Of a DNA stretch of 64,000 bases, positions 1-9,814 are shown one piece after another (the first letter of the stretch is position 1; each line of letters opens with the position of its first letter). The position numbers and the translations under genes are program-made. Source of the DNA: an uncultured Spirochaetota bacterium (lineage in GTDB: Bacteria; Spirochaetota; Brevinematia; Brevinematales; JAOACQ01); NCBI GenBank assembly GCA_963768055.1, contig CAVYGN010000001.1, forward strand, positions 64,001 through 128,000, read 5' to 3'. The notes beneath the pieces were generated by a model. It was given only the letters and a program-made list of their open reading frames with translations, searched no databases and was not told the DNA's origin.

Positions 1-75
1 GGAAACTTGTTATTTTGTGGAAGATGAAAGGGTAAAAAAGATACTAGAAGCGCTGGGATAATTTTATTTTGAATA

Positions 76-603
76 TTACCTTCCGGTGAGGGCCTTCATC
101 AGGTTATCGACTTCCTCCTGGTTGATGAAGGATTTTCTGTCGAATGCGAGTTGAAGATGCGACTCGCGAAGCTTGAGAAGAAGGCTGTAGGTTATTACCA
201 TCAGTATCTTGACCCCTGCGATGGGGTAGAGTTTGAAAAAAGACAAAAGCCCGTTCCTCTCGATTTCGATAAGCTCAGTGCGTTCAAGGGCGTAAACATC
301 GGCAGTCCGCTTCATGTTTATGAAAAGCGCCGCCTCTCCGAAAATATCGCCTTCGCCGATCGAGCTCAAAAAAACGTCCTTTTTTTCATCCTCATGTATC
401 ATTACATTTACAGATCCGTTTGCAATTACGTAAAGATTAGGGTTGACCTCATTTTCACCGATGATCTTCTCGCCCTTTGCAAACTGCACAAATTTACAGA
501 ATCCGTAAAGGTTGTCGAGGTCGTCGTCGCTGAGATACTGAAAGGTTTTTGTGCTTTTCAGGACTTTGAAAGCGGCATCTTTTGCCATAGTAATCTGTTC
601 CAT
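76..603 (-). CDS. cyclic nucleotide-binding (Crp/Fnr-type cNMP) domain protein
   Basis: cNMP-domain motifs LYVIANGSV, GDIFGEAAL and RTADVYA; no C-terminal HTH evident. Confidence 0.85.
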   Translation of the reverse strand: MEQITMAKDAAFKVLKSTKTFQYLSDDDLDNLYGFCKFVQFAKGEKIIGENEVNPNLYVIANGSVNVMIHEDEKKDVFLSSIGEGDIFGEAALFINMKRTADVYALERTELIEIERNGLLSFFKLYPIAGVKILMVITYSLLLKLRESHLQLAFDRKSFINQEEVDNLMKALTGR

Positions 604-770
604 TATCGATATCCTCCATTATAGGTGATATTAAAGTATAAACAAATATAATAAAAAAATTCCGGTTGGAAAATCTATATGTGAAAAACCCGCATGAATC
701 TTTTTTCCCGCCGCCGGCGATTGTCACTAAGCTCTATTGAAAAATATGACCGCTGGCAGCCTGTTCTGAT

Positions 771-1154
771 TTATTTTCTAAAAGCTCCCTGTATTATCAA
801 TACCCCTGAAACAGAAAAAATATAGGGACATAGTTTAAACGGCAGGAAATCGATATTATATCCGGTGAATAATGATAATATCGCCATCGAGAATAGCATA
901 ATTGAAGACGATATATAGATCAATTTTGAGGTTTTATTATTCTCTTTATTGATAACTGCCGTTATAAAAACGAGCAAGCCGATAAAGATTAAAGTAAATC
1001 CTTCATTGATCCATTCCATTAAAATTATGTTTTTATTATTAGCCGACAGAGTACCGTAAACTCCGTTCGCAACGGCGCTCGCCGGGATTAAGTGAGAAGC
1101 GCCCCACAGGAAAGCTGATAAACCGCCGATCATAACAAAAATTTTTCTATACAT
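771..1154 (-). CDS. hypothetical membrane protein (about 4 TM)
   Basis: AAGGAGG RBS before ATG at 1154; hydrophobic segments. Confidence 0.7.
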   Translation of the reverse strand: MYRKIFVMIGGLSAFLWGASHLIPASAVANGVYGTLSANNKNIILMEWINEGFTLIFIGLLVFITAVINKENNKTSKLIYISSSIMLFSMAILSLFTGYNIDFLPFKLCPYIFSVSGVLIIQGAFRK

Positions 1155-1318
1155 ATTTTCCTCCTTACTTTGCACCGATAATTATATTTGTTAAGCCGCT
1201 GTTTAATTCAAAACTTCATCCTTAAAAACCGGCATAAAAGCCGGCCCTACTTTGTACATTCCCCATGGTTCGGCCGGTCCGAAGAGGCCCATATCCAATT
1301 TGCCGTTGCCGTATACTT

Positions 1319-1618
1319 CTATTTTTTTGATGAACTTTTCATTACAGGACCAAGATAATCCTTGACAAAAAATCCGAGTTCTTCCGATTTCATCAGGGAA
1401 AAACAAAGAACTTTCCCATTCATGGTCCAGCTGATCAAAGCCAATTTATCGCCGGCTTTAATATCCGCCTTATCTCTCACTTCTTTAGGCAGGACCATCT
1501 GTCCCCTCTCGTCAACGGTGATGAGAGATTCGACCCGGCACTTGCTGTCATTGCAGCATGAAGGCTCATTAATACAATCGGATCCGCATACTTTTGATTC
1601 TTCACTTTTTTTATCCAT
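1319..1618 (-). CDS. hgcC: AbrB/MazE-type DNA-binding protein, HgcAB-associated HgcC-like
   Basis: Cys-rich N-terminus followed by VESLITVDERGQMVLPKEVRDKADIKAGDKLALISW (AbrB fold); hgcAB present in the same window. Confidence 0.7.
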   Translation of the reverse strand: MDKKSEESKVCGSDCINEPSCCNDSKCRVESLITVDERGQMVLPKEVRDKADIKAGDKLALISWTMNGKVLCFSLMKSEELGFFVKDYLGPVMKSSSKK

Positions 1619-1631
1619 TTAATTTCTCCTA

Positions 1632-1671
1632 ATTCTGATATATCAGAATAATCTATAAAATCAGAATAATC
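1632..1671. promoter_or_regulatory. operator-like palindrome and direct repeat upstream of the hgcC-like gene
   Basis: perfect 18-bp palindrome ATTCTGATATATCAGAAT (1632-1649); ATCAGAATAATC repeated at 1642 and 1660. Confidence 0.5.
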
Positions 1672-1784
1672 ATAATGGATTTATAATTCTAACATAAATA
1701 ATCTTATTTTTCAAACGATACTAATTATTTGCAGGTTATAGGCCTGCGGATTATAATGAAGGATAATCCGTGGTAGAGTAAATT

Positions 1785-3419
1785 ATGAAGAGGCGAGTTA
1801 TGAAAAATTTCTGGGCCTTATTTTTTGTATTGGGGTCTGCTTTCAGCTTTCTGGGCGCTGAAGAAAAGACAAACCTGGATTCCGTGATCACTTCCGTGAT
1901 TGTATTTTCCGACAGGGCGCAGGTTACACGCAGCGCTGAGCTTACTCTTGCCCAGGGGGATTACGTCCTGGTTTTCGACATGCCTGATTCCATGGATTTA
2001 AAGAGCGTCCGGGCGAGCGGAAGCGGGAACGGCCGGATCAAGGACGTCAGTCTTATTACAAAATTCGTAACCGAAATATCCGATGACCGGATAAAGGCCC
2101 TATATGCCGAGAAAGAGAAAATGGAATCGGAGTTGAAAGATGACGACTTAAAAACAGCGAGAATAAATAATGAAGTCGATTTCCTGCAGAAAATGAAGGG
2201 AAAAGTAACCGGTGAAAACAATACACAGCTGGCTGTTGAAAAATGGACGGCTTTGATAGCGTTTTACCGGACCCGCCTGGATAGCCTGGATAGGGAAAAA
2301 CAAGCAGCCGAGCAGGAACAGAAGTCGATCAGGGGTAAACTCGACAAGATCAACTCTAAAATACAGGATTCGAACGCTATGCTGGGCAAGTCTAAAAAAC
2401 AGGTCGAAATATTGTTTTACTGTGGGGGCGGAGGTAAAAATACGATAAGGTTGTCTTATATCGTTTATAACGCCGGCTGGCTGCCGGTTTACGATCTCAG
2501 GGTCGATAAGGACGAAAAAAAGGTCTCCCTGTCCTATTTCGGCATGATCAGGCAGAACACCGGTGAAAACTGGGATAACACCGCAATCAGCCTCTCGACG
2601 GCAAAGCCCTATGCCGGCGGCAATCAGCCCGAGCTTTCAGCCTGGTACATAGATGAAGCGAGGCGATACCCGGAAATTTCATCCCTTGAAGAAAAATCGG
2701 AGGCCCCAAAAAAATCGGGCATGAAAGATGAAATTACCCGGGACTATAAAGAACAGGCTCCTATTATAAACGAAGGAGCACAGGTCGATACGGGCGCAAC
2801 CTCAGTCGATTTCCAGATCGGCGGCAGATCTACTATAGACAGCGACAATGTCCCGCACAAACTCGGGATCCTGGAAACAGCTTTCGATGCTGCTTTCCAT
2901 TATTCCGCAGTCCCGAAACTTTCCCCTTACGCATATTTGAAAGCCGGAACAACGAACATTACGGAATATCCCTTTTTACCCGGCGAAGCCGGCATTTATT
3001 CGGACAACTCTTTCGTATCGACTTCCCGCCTTGAACTGGTCGCTCCCGGCGAGGAATTCCGGATGTTCCTGGGAATTGACGAGGCTATCCGGATTCGGCA
3101 TAACCTGGTCAAACGCGAGAAGATGAAGTCCGGTTTTCTTGCGAATAATGTCAAATACCGGTATGAGTACTTGACTTTTATAAAAAACAACCGCAGGGAT
3201 AGCGTAGAATTGACATTATACGACCAGATCCCGATCGCCCTTAATGCGGAAATCAAAGTGGAATTGCTGGAGCCGGAATTAAAAAATACGACAAATGTCA
3301 AGTTGAATGAAAATAAGACATTGGAGTGGAATTTTAGTATCAGACCCGGCCAGGAATTGAGCGTTCCCCTCATTTTTACCGTGGAACACCCGGAAAATAT
3401 GGCAGTCAATGGATTGTAA
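1785..3419 (+). CDS. DUF4140/DUF4139 protein (mucoidy inhibitor MuiA-like)
   Basis: signal peptide, ITSVIVFSDRAQVTR N-domain, coiled coil, QNTGENWDN-LSTAKP motif. Confidence 0.85.
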   Translation: MKRRVMKNFWALFFVLGSAFSFLGAEEKTNLDSVITSVIVFSDRAQVTRSAELTLAQGDYVLVFDMPDSMDLKSVRASGSGNGRIKDVSLITKFVTEISDDRIKALYAEKEKMESELKDDDLKTARINNEVDFLQKMKGKVTGENNTQLAVEKWTALIAFYRTRLDSLDREKQAAEQEQKSIRGKLDKINSKIQDSNAMLGKSKKQVEILFYCGGGGKNTIRLSYIVYNAGWLPVYDLRVDKDEKKVSLSYFGMIRQNTGENWDNTAISLSTAKPYAGGNQPELSAWYIDEARRYPEISSLEEKSEAPKKSGMKDEITRDYKEQAPIINEGAQVDTGATSVDFQIGGRSTIDSDNVPHKLGILETAFDAAFHYSAVPKLSPYAYLKAGTTNITEYPFLPGEAGIYSDNSFVSTSRLELVAPGEEFRMFLGIDEAIRIRHNLVKREKMKSGFLANNVKYRYEYLTFIKNNRRDSVELTLYDQIPIALNAEIKVELLEPELKNTTNVKLNENKTLEWNFSIRPGQELSVPLIFTVEHPENMAVNGL

Positions 3420-3435
3420 TTTCCGGCAGGTTGTA

Positions 3436-4695
3436 TTATGCATTACCGGGAGATGCGTTCCTTTGCTTTTTATTGGGATCGGCAAAAAAAAGCATTGAAA
3501 GCATCAATAAAACCCCGATGCCGATCGTTATAAAACATATTCTGATCCCGAAAGCCTGGCTTAGCCCCCCCGCTATCAGGTTTCCGATAGGCGTTGTCCC
3601 GGCATTAACAAGCAGATAGACGCTGATTACCATGCTTCTGTATTCATCGCTCGATTTTATTTGAAGAGTTGAATTAGCTGAAGTAAAAAATGAAGATGTT
3701 ATAAACCCGGTAAGAGCCAGTAAAAAAGATGATAACACCAGATTGGCGTTCAAGCCGATAATAATAAAAATTACTGAAACAGCGAAACCCGCGCCGGTCA
3801 GTACAAAATTTTTAGGCCCATGTTTGCTTCTGGAGGCTATAAAAAGAGCTCCGGAAAGAGAGCCCGCCCCCATGCAGGACCATAAAAAGCCCAATCCCTG
3901 TTCTTTCTGGTGAAGGCCGGCTTTAGCCAGGACAGGCATAAGGACATTAAAATTCATAATAAATGTGCCTATGATAAAAACTGAAATGACAGTCTTCAGG
4001 AGAATTTTATTTGAAAAAATATATTTTAACCCGTTGTAAATATTACTCAGAATATTAGAGCTGCCTGCCTCTTTCCTGTAACTGAAAATCGGCACTATAA
4101 AAAACATCCCGGCAATTAAAGGCAGAAAACTAAGGGCGTTTATCAGGAAACACCATCCTATCCCTAAACCGGCCATCAATAACCCTGCTATGGCAGGGCC
4201 GACGATACGCGCCCCGTTATGGACAGCGGAATTAAGGCCGATTACGTTCATTAAATCGCCTTTTCCGATCATTTCAATGATAAACGACTGCCGGGCGGGA
4301 AAATCTATAGCGCTGATAGAACCAAGCGCCAATGACAAAATAACCAGGTGCCAGTACTGGATCAGGCGGGAAAAAACAAGGAAAGCTAAAATAAAGGCGA
4401 TCACAGCCTGGGCGCTCTGGGTAAAAATTATTATTTTCTTTTTTTCATACCTGTCTATCGCAGCGCCTGCAAAAAGGGAAAAGAACATAACGGGCAAATA
4501 CTGCATTGCCCCGACAACTCCCAGCAGGAAAGCGGAGCCTGTGATGGAATAAGCAAGCCAGGGAAGGCTTATTGTCTGCATCCAGCTTCCTATCTGGGAA
4601 ATTACCTGCCCTGAAAAGAATATCCTGTAATTTATGTGGCTTAAGGAATGAAATGATTTTTTTAATTTTCCAATTAATAGATATATATTAAACAT
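3436..4695 (-). CDS. MFS transporter
   Basis: about 12 TM; NYRIFFSGQVISQIGSWMQ, GAAIDRYEKK and PARQSF motifs. Confidence 0.9.
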   Translation of the reverse strand: MFNIYLLIGKLKKSFHSLSHINYRIFFSGQVISQIGSWMQTISLPWLAYSITGSAFLLGVVGAMQYLPVMFFSLFAGAAIDRYEKKKIIIFTQSAQAVIAFILAFLVFSRLIQYWHLVILSLALGSISAIDFPARQSFIIEMIGKGDLMNVIGLNSAVHNGARIVGPAIAGLLMAGLGIGWCFLINALSFLPLIAGMFFIVPIFSYRKEAGSSNILSNIYNGLKYIFSNKILLKTVISVFIIGTFIMNFNVLMPVLAKAGLHQKEQGLGFLWSCMGAGSLSGALFIASRSKHGPKNFVLTGAGFAVSVIFIIIGLNANLVLSSFLLALTGFITSSFFTSANSTLQIKSSDEYRSMVISVYLLVNAGTTPIGNLIAGGLSQAFGIRICFITIGIGVLLMLSMLFFADPNKKQRNASPGNA

Positions 4696-4930
4696 ATAAT
4701 AACCGGCGAAGCAGCCGTCAAAGCGTTACCGCTGCTACCGCTTTTTTAGCGAGTCCGCCGATAGCATCAATCCCTTCTATTGATATTACAATTACGCAGT
4801 ACGTAAATGTTATTATAATAATATATTTGATATAATAGCTTGTCAAGGTACATGTTTATATCAAAGGGTGATTCTGCAAGTATTGATATGTGAGGCGGCA
4901 GGATTTTTATCCCGAAAAAGAAAATTAGTA

Positions 4931-4983
4931 TTGACAATGTAATTATTTTAAGCTATAGTTTACATATGACCGGGCGGTCATAT
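4931..4983 (+). promoter_or_regulatory. sigma70 promoter followed by TetR-like palindromic operator
   Basis: TTGACA-17-TATAGT (4931-4959); palindrome ATATGACCG-GG-CGGTCATAT (4964-4983). Confidence 0.55.
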
Positions 4984-5105
4984 TATTTAAAAAATTTTAA
5001 TGAAAGTTGACGAGAATACTATTTTTAGTTTAACATAACAGCATCAAGTCATGAAAATCAGGCTTTGATGCCGGCCCGGTCGAGTATAAGCGGAAGGGGA
5101 TAGTT

Positions 5106-5222
5106 ATGTCTCAAATACTTTTTAATCCGGCATTAAATTGTTTTAGAAACATTCCTGTTTTCTCGGGATGCAAGTTCTGGATCAAAGGGATTCCCTTCTC
5201 CGAGCCTCCCAGTCCCAAATAA
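5106..5222 (+). CDS. putative leader peptide (38 aa, ends PFSEPPSPK) upstream of Mg2+ transport locus
   Basis: GAAGGGGA RBS; ORF MSQILFNPALNCFRNIPVFSGCKFWIKGIPFSEPPSPK*; ends 56 nt before the transporter start. Confidence 0.55.
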   Translation: MSQILFNPALNCFRNIPVFSGCKFWIKGIPFSEPPSPK

Positions 5223-5278
5223 CCAAAATTCCATACCGGTTCTAATCGCAATTAAGACGGTTATACAGGAGGCTGATC

Positions 5279-6553
5279 ATGCGCTTTTGGGACAAATTAT
5301 ATTTCAATCTGAAAAGATATTTCAAATCGATTCAATTATTTCTGATCATAAGCGGTCCGGGTATCATTGTTATGATGGCCGATAACGATGCGGGCGGTAT
5401 TACGACTTATGCCGCCACTGGAGCGAAATACGGTTATCATCTGATCTGGTTTATGATCCTGCTTTTTCCCGTGGCTTATTACGTACAGGAAATGACCGTA
5501 AGGTTAGGCGCGGTAACGAAGCATGGCCATGCCGAAGCGATATTCAGCGCGTTCGGCCCCTTCTGGGGCTGGTTTTCTCTGATCAACCTGGGTATTGTCG
5601 ACTGGCTCACCCTTGTAACGGAATTCATTGGCATGACCGCGGCTATGAGCATTTTCCACGTTGCGCCCCTTATAACGATTGCCATCGTGATCGTTATCAT
5701 GGGTATTATGATCATTCAGGGGCGCTACTGGACCTGGGAAAAGATCGCTATCGCCTTTTCGATATTGAACGTCATATACATTCCAGCCTGTATTATGGTC
5801 AAACCGAGCGTTTCGGATATAATCAGGATAGGCCTTATACCCCATTTCCCCGGCGGATTTAATGTCGATATCTTCTTTTTTATCATGGCTAATATCGGCA
5901 CTACTATAGCTCCCTGGATGATTTTCTTCCAGCAGAGCGCGGTTGTAGACAAGGGGATGCAGGAAAAGGACATCCCCTGGGGCAAATTCGACACCTTAAA
6001 CGGCGCGGCATGGACGGTCATAGTCGCAATAGTTATTATTATCGCTGCAGGTACGGTTCTTCTCGGCCAGCCTATCGATAACGCCGCCCAGGCGGCCCTT
6101 GTGCTGATGAAGACCAATCAATGGGTCGGGACAATGATTGCAATCGGACTTTTCGATGCGGGTTTATTGGGCGCAATATGCATTTCGCTTGCGACCTCAT
6201 GGGCTTTCGGGGAAGTATTCGGCTGGGCGCATTCGCTCAATAAAAAGGTTAAAGAAGCGCCCTGGTTTTACGGCGCTTATTTTATTCTTCTCTCATCGGC
6301 AGCCGCTGTGGTTCTTATCCCAAACGCTCCCCTTGTGCTGATAACTCTTTTTGTCCAGGTCGTTGCCGTGACCCTTCTCCCCGCGGCGCTGGTATTCCTG
6401 ATCCTGCTGTTAAACGATAAAAAACTTATGGGAAAACACGCCAATACGCCCCTCGAGAATATTATTAATATCACTATTGTATCAATCATCATTGTAATAT
6501 CTACGCTTTACGGGATAAGCGCGATTTTCCCCGAATTTTTTGCGGTTAAATAA
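5279..6553 (+). CDS. Nramp-related divalent cation (probably Mg2+) transporter
   Basis: GPGIIVMMADNDAGGITTY and GTTIAPWMIFFQQS motifs (variant of the Nramp DPGN motif); adjacent to an MgtE-N/CBS gene. Confidence 0.85.
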   Translation: MRFWDKLYFNLKRYFKSIQLFLIISGPGIIVMMADNDAGGITTYAATGAKYGYHLIWFMILLFPVAYYVQEMTVRLGAVTKHGHAEAIFSAFGPFWGWFSLINLGIVDWLTLVTEFIGMTAAMSIFHVAPLITIAIVIVIMGIMIIQGRYWTWEKIAIAFSILNVIYIPACIMVKPSVSDIIRIGLIPHFPGGFNVDIFFFIMANIGTTIAPWMIFFQQSAVVDKGMQEKDIPWGKFDTLNGAAWTVIVAIVIIIAAGTVLLGQPIDNAAQAALVLMKTNQWVGTMIAIGLFDAGLLGAICISLATSWAFGEVFGWAHSLNKKVKEAPWFYGAYFILLSSAAAVVLIPNAPLVLITLFVQVVAVTLLPAALVFLILLLNDKKLMGKHANTPLENIINITIVSIIIVISTLYGISAIFPEFFAVK

Positions 6554-6565
6554 GGAGGGTTTATA

Positions 6566-6742
6566 ATGCTGCGAATGATTAACGGGTTTTTAAAAAGCAT
6601 ATCGGAAATAAATAAGAAGTATAAAACCCCTACCATAAAGATAACGCCGATGGTCAGGTTTTCTCTCTTTATTCTCCGCATGTATCTGTTAATACTTGTC
6701 GGATTATTGGTATTCCGATTCATTACTCTATTGCATAAATAG
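6566..6742 (+). CDS. small membrane protein (58 aa), not in the ORF track
   Basis: AAGGAGG RBS; MLRMINGFLKSISEINKKYKTPTIKITPMVRFSLFILRMYLLILVGLLVFRFITLLHK*; fills the gap between two operon genes. Confidence 0.75.
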   Translation: MLRMINGFLKSISEINKKYKTPTIKITPMVRFSLFILRMYLLILVGLLVFRFITLLHK

Positions 6743-6752
6743 GAGGTTTTTC

Positions 6753-8033
6753 ATGAACGATATAAATAAAAAAGATATGCGGCCTGAGCCTAAGAGGCCG
6801 GAGCCGGAAAAGAGCTTTTTACTGAGCGAGATAAAAGACATACCCGTTTATAACGGCGTAAAGCGGATAGGCAGGCTTTCGGATATGATCGTCCAGGAAT
6901 ACGCTACGATTCCGCATATCACTCATTTTATTATAAAAAGGCCCTTCGGCTATCCGAAGCTGCTCATTCCAATGGCTAAAATGCTGTCTATCGGCCTTAA
7001 AAGCCTTCGTTTTGAGCTGCCCTCCCTGGATGAATATGAAAAAGAGCCAGAACCCGGCGACATGCTCCTTCGGGACTATATTCTCGATAAAAAAGTGATC
7101 GATATGGACGAACATGAAGTATCGGTAGTCTACGATGTGAAGATCATCCAGGTGAATAAAAAGCTCTATGCAAGCGATGTCGACTTCAGCCACTACGGAT
7201 TTTACAGGCGTCTGCATATGAAATGGCTTGCCGGGATATTGAATATCAAAGAGGACCTGTTATCCTGGAAATTCGTTCAGCCGCTGCCTGGGAACCTCAG
7301 CAGTTTCAAAGGCGATATCAAGCTGACGGCTTTGAAAGAAAAGCTTGCCGATATTTCTCCGGTCGATATGGCTGACATTATCGAGGAATTGGACCGGGAA
7401 CAGCGCGCCGCAGTCTTCCAGGAAATGCCCACGGAACAGGCTTCGGACACCCTTGAAGAGCTCGAACCCAGCGTCCAGCGCGAGGTGGTTTCTTCACTTA
7501 AAAAAGAAACTGTCGCCCAGCTTATAAATGATATGACCCCCGCGCAGGCTGCCGATGTCCTGGCGGTTATTTCACTTTCGGAAAAAGAATCGATTATGCA
7601 GCTTGTTGAAAAAGATATGGCATTGAAGATACAGGCCATTCTTGACAGGCAGGAAGAAAACATCCTTAATTTCACTACCGCCAGTTTCCTTAAATTCGGC
7701 CCGCATGAAATTGCAAGAGATGTCCGTAAATTATACCAGAAAAAGGCCCGCGACATGGATGTGATCATGTATCTTTATGTGGTCGACCCTGAAGATAAGC
7801 TCCTGGGAGTACTGGACATCAAAGAACTATTAATTGCGGAAGATGGAGCGCTTCTTTCGGAAATAATGACTGAAGGAATAATAAATTTGAACCCTGACAG
7901 CACGCTGCATGACGCATCCGATCTGTTCGACCGCTATAGTTTCAGGGCCCTGCCCGTATTGGACGCCGATGGGAAAATTCAAGGCGTCGTTCCCTACAGG
8001 GATGTAATGGAATTGAAACACCGGTTTTTATAG
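6753..8033 (+). CDS. soluble MgtE N-terminal/CBS-pair protein
   Basis: AGGAGG RBS; PVDMADIIEEL MgtE-N helical motif; two CBS domains (YLYVVD, ALPVLD); no TM domain. Confidence 0.85.
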   Translation: MNDINKKDMRPEPKRPEPEKSFLLSEIKDIPVYNGVKRIGRLSDMIVQEYATIPHITHFIIKRPFGYPKLLIPMAKMLSIGLKSLRFELPSLDEYEKEPEPGDMLLRDYILDKKVIDMDEHEVSVVYDVKIIQVNKKLYASDVDFSHYGFYRRLHMKWLAGILNIKEDLLSWKFVQPLPGNLSSFKGDIKLTALKEKLADISPVDMADIIEELDREQRAAVFQEMPTEQASDTLEELEPSVQREVVSSLKKETVAQLINDMTPAQAADVLAVISLSEKESIMQLVEKDMALKIQAILDRQEENILNFTTASFLKFGPHEIARDVRKLYQKKARDMDVIMYLYVVDPEDKLLGVLDIKELLIAEDGALLSEIMTEGIINLNPDSTLHDASDLFDRYSFRALPVLDADGKIQGVVPYRDVMELKHRFL

Positions 8034-8384
8034 AGTTTCTTTGAGAAGTATCCTTGTATTATATAAAGAACAGGCATAATGAGAAATAACAATCGGAGCA
8101 TTTTGAATGATCGATGAAATTATTTCTTTGTAGAGAAATCACTGACTGAAATTGCAACTTATGTCGTTGACTTTCATAATATAGCGCTGCATTCAAATTT
8201 AAAGATAATGAATCCGGAGAAATATAAAGAAAACAGGATTTGAATAAAATTAAGAATTTATCTTATAATAAAGCGGTAGCTTTTTAACCTGATATTAATA
8301 AAAACTTTGTTTCCCGCTTGCCATCTATGGTGAGACGAGCTTCGGGACTCTGGAATAAAATTTATTTAATATAGGGGATAATAG

Positions 8385-9245
8385 GTGTCGGTTAAATCAA
8401 GGGCGATATTCCTCGCGGTTTTATCGGATATTTTATTGATAGTCATAAAAACCGGGGCCGGTATTTTCAGCGGTTCTGTCAGTTTATTATCGGAAGCCGT
8501 ACATTCGGGAATGGACATGGTTTCATCGATAATTAATTTCCTTTCAGTAAGAGTGTCGGATAAACCACCGGATGAGAGCCATCCATACGGTCATCATAAG
8601 TTCGAGGATATGTCGGGACTTCTCGAATCGATCCTCCTTTTGTTCGCTTCCGGGTCAATTATTTATGAGGCGATAATCAGGCTTAAAAATTTGAAAGAAA
8701 TCAGTATGCCGTCCCTTGGCCTGGCTGTTATGGTTTTTTCTTCCCTTCTGAATCTTGCGCTCTCTTTTCACTTTTCCAATGTAGCTAAAAAAGAAAGCTC
8801 AATCGCCCTTGAAGCCGAGGCTTTAGACAAAAGGGCCGACATAATTTCCACAGCGGGTGTAGGGGTCGGCTTTATTCTCATATGGCTCTTCAAGCTCTAT
8901 TATGTCGACCCAATTCTTGCAATAATAATTGCCCTGTACATATTGAGGGGAGCGGTTTCGCTTTTTATCAAGGTGGTTAATCCCCTGACCGACTCAAGCC
9001 TTTCAAAAAAAGATATTATAATTATCAAGGAAGTATTAAATAACAACTCCGATTATATATTTGATTATCATGACCTGAGGACAAGGGGGGACGGCATCAC
9101 CAGGTATATTGATATGCACATCACGCTTCCGGATAATATGACGATCCATCGCGGCCATGACATCGCCAATAAAATTGAAAAGGAAATCGAAAGCAGGCTT
9201 AAAAACACCCAGGTCCTTATCCATATGGAGCCGAAAGAGGGTTAA
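8385..9245 (+). CDS. cation diffusion facilitator (FieF-like)
   Basis: SEAVHSGMD, PPDESHPYGHHK and IHMEP motifs. Confidence 0.9.
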   Translation: MSVKSRAIFLAVLSDILLIVIKTGAGIFSGSVSLLSEAVHSGMDMVSSIINFLSVRVSDKPPDESHPYGHHKFEDMSGLLESILLLFASGSIIYEAIIRLKNLKEISMPSLGLAVMVFSSLLNLALSFHFSNVAKKESSIALEAEALDKRADIISTAGVGVGFILIWLFKLYYVDPILAIIIALYILRGAVSLFIKVVNPLTDSSLSKKDIIIIKEVLNNNSDYIFDYHDLRTRGDGITRYIDMHITLPDNMTIHRGHDIANKIEKEIESRLKNTQVLIHMEPKEG

Positions 9246-9294
9246 TCATCAACCCCTCCCGGTTGACATCATGGAGGAAAATACCGAGGCCATT

Positions 9295-9711
9295 ATGCTG
9301 CAGGAATTTATCCATCGTAAAACGCTTGCCCATGAGGGAGTTTACGATATTACCTCCGAAGTGAAGTCTATCGTCGCCAGGAGCGGTATAAGAACCGGCC
9401 TTGTCAATATATATGTACAGGGCGCTACAGCCGCTATAATGATCCAGGAGAACTGGGATGAAAGCGTTCAGACCGATGTGATCAACCTCCTCCGAAAGCT
9501 TATTCCGGCGGGTGTCTGGCTTCATGACAGCCAGGATAATAATGGGGATTCTCATCTCAAATCCGGGCTTATCGGGCCTGGAAAGACAGTTCCGGTTATA
9601 AACGGAGAACCCGGCCTTTCCACCTGGCAGAACATCTTTCTCTGCGAGTTCGACGGGCCAAGGGAAAGCAGGGATATAATTGTCACAGTTGTTGGAGAGC
9701 CCTCCCCATGA
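9295..9711 (+). CDS. yjbQ: YjbQ family (secondary thiamine-phosphate synthase) protein
   Basis: NGDSHLKS and TWQNIFLCEFDGPR motifs; start position is uncertain. Confidence 0.85.
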   Translation: MLQEFIHRKTLAHEGVYDITSEVKSIVARSGIRTGLVNIYVQGATAAIMIQENWDESVQTDVINLLRKLIPAGVWLHDSQDNNGDSHLKSGLIGPGKTVPVINGEPGLSTWQNIFLCEFDGPRESRDIIVTVVGEPSP

Positions 9712-9814
9712 TATCCATGTTTCGTTAAACTCCGGTAAGAATTGTGGCATATCCCTTGACATCTAGCCCATATTTAATGTAACATTATTGATTCATTAAT
9801 AAGGAGGGTTTAAT

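Noticed and set aside
1203..1406. 67-aa ORF overlapping the hgcC-like gene
   Set aside because: No RBS or recognisable motif; at most a gene remnant.
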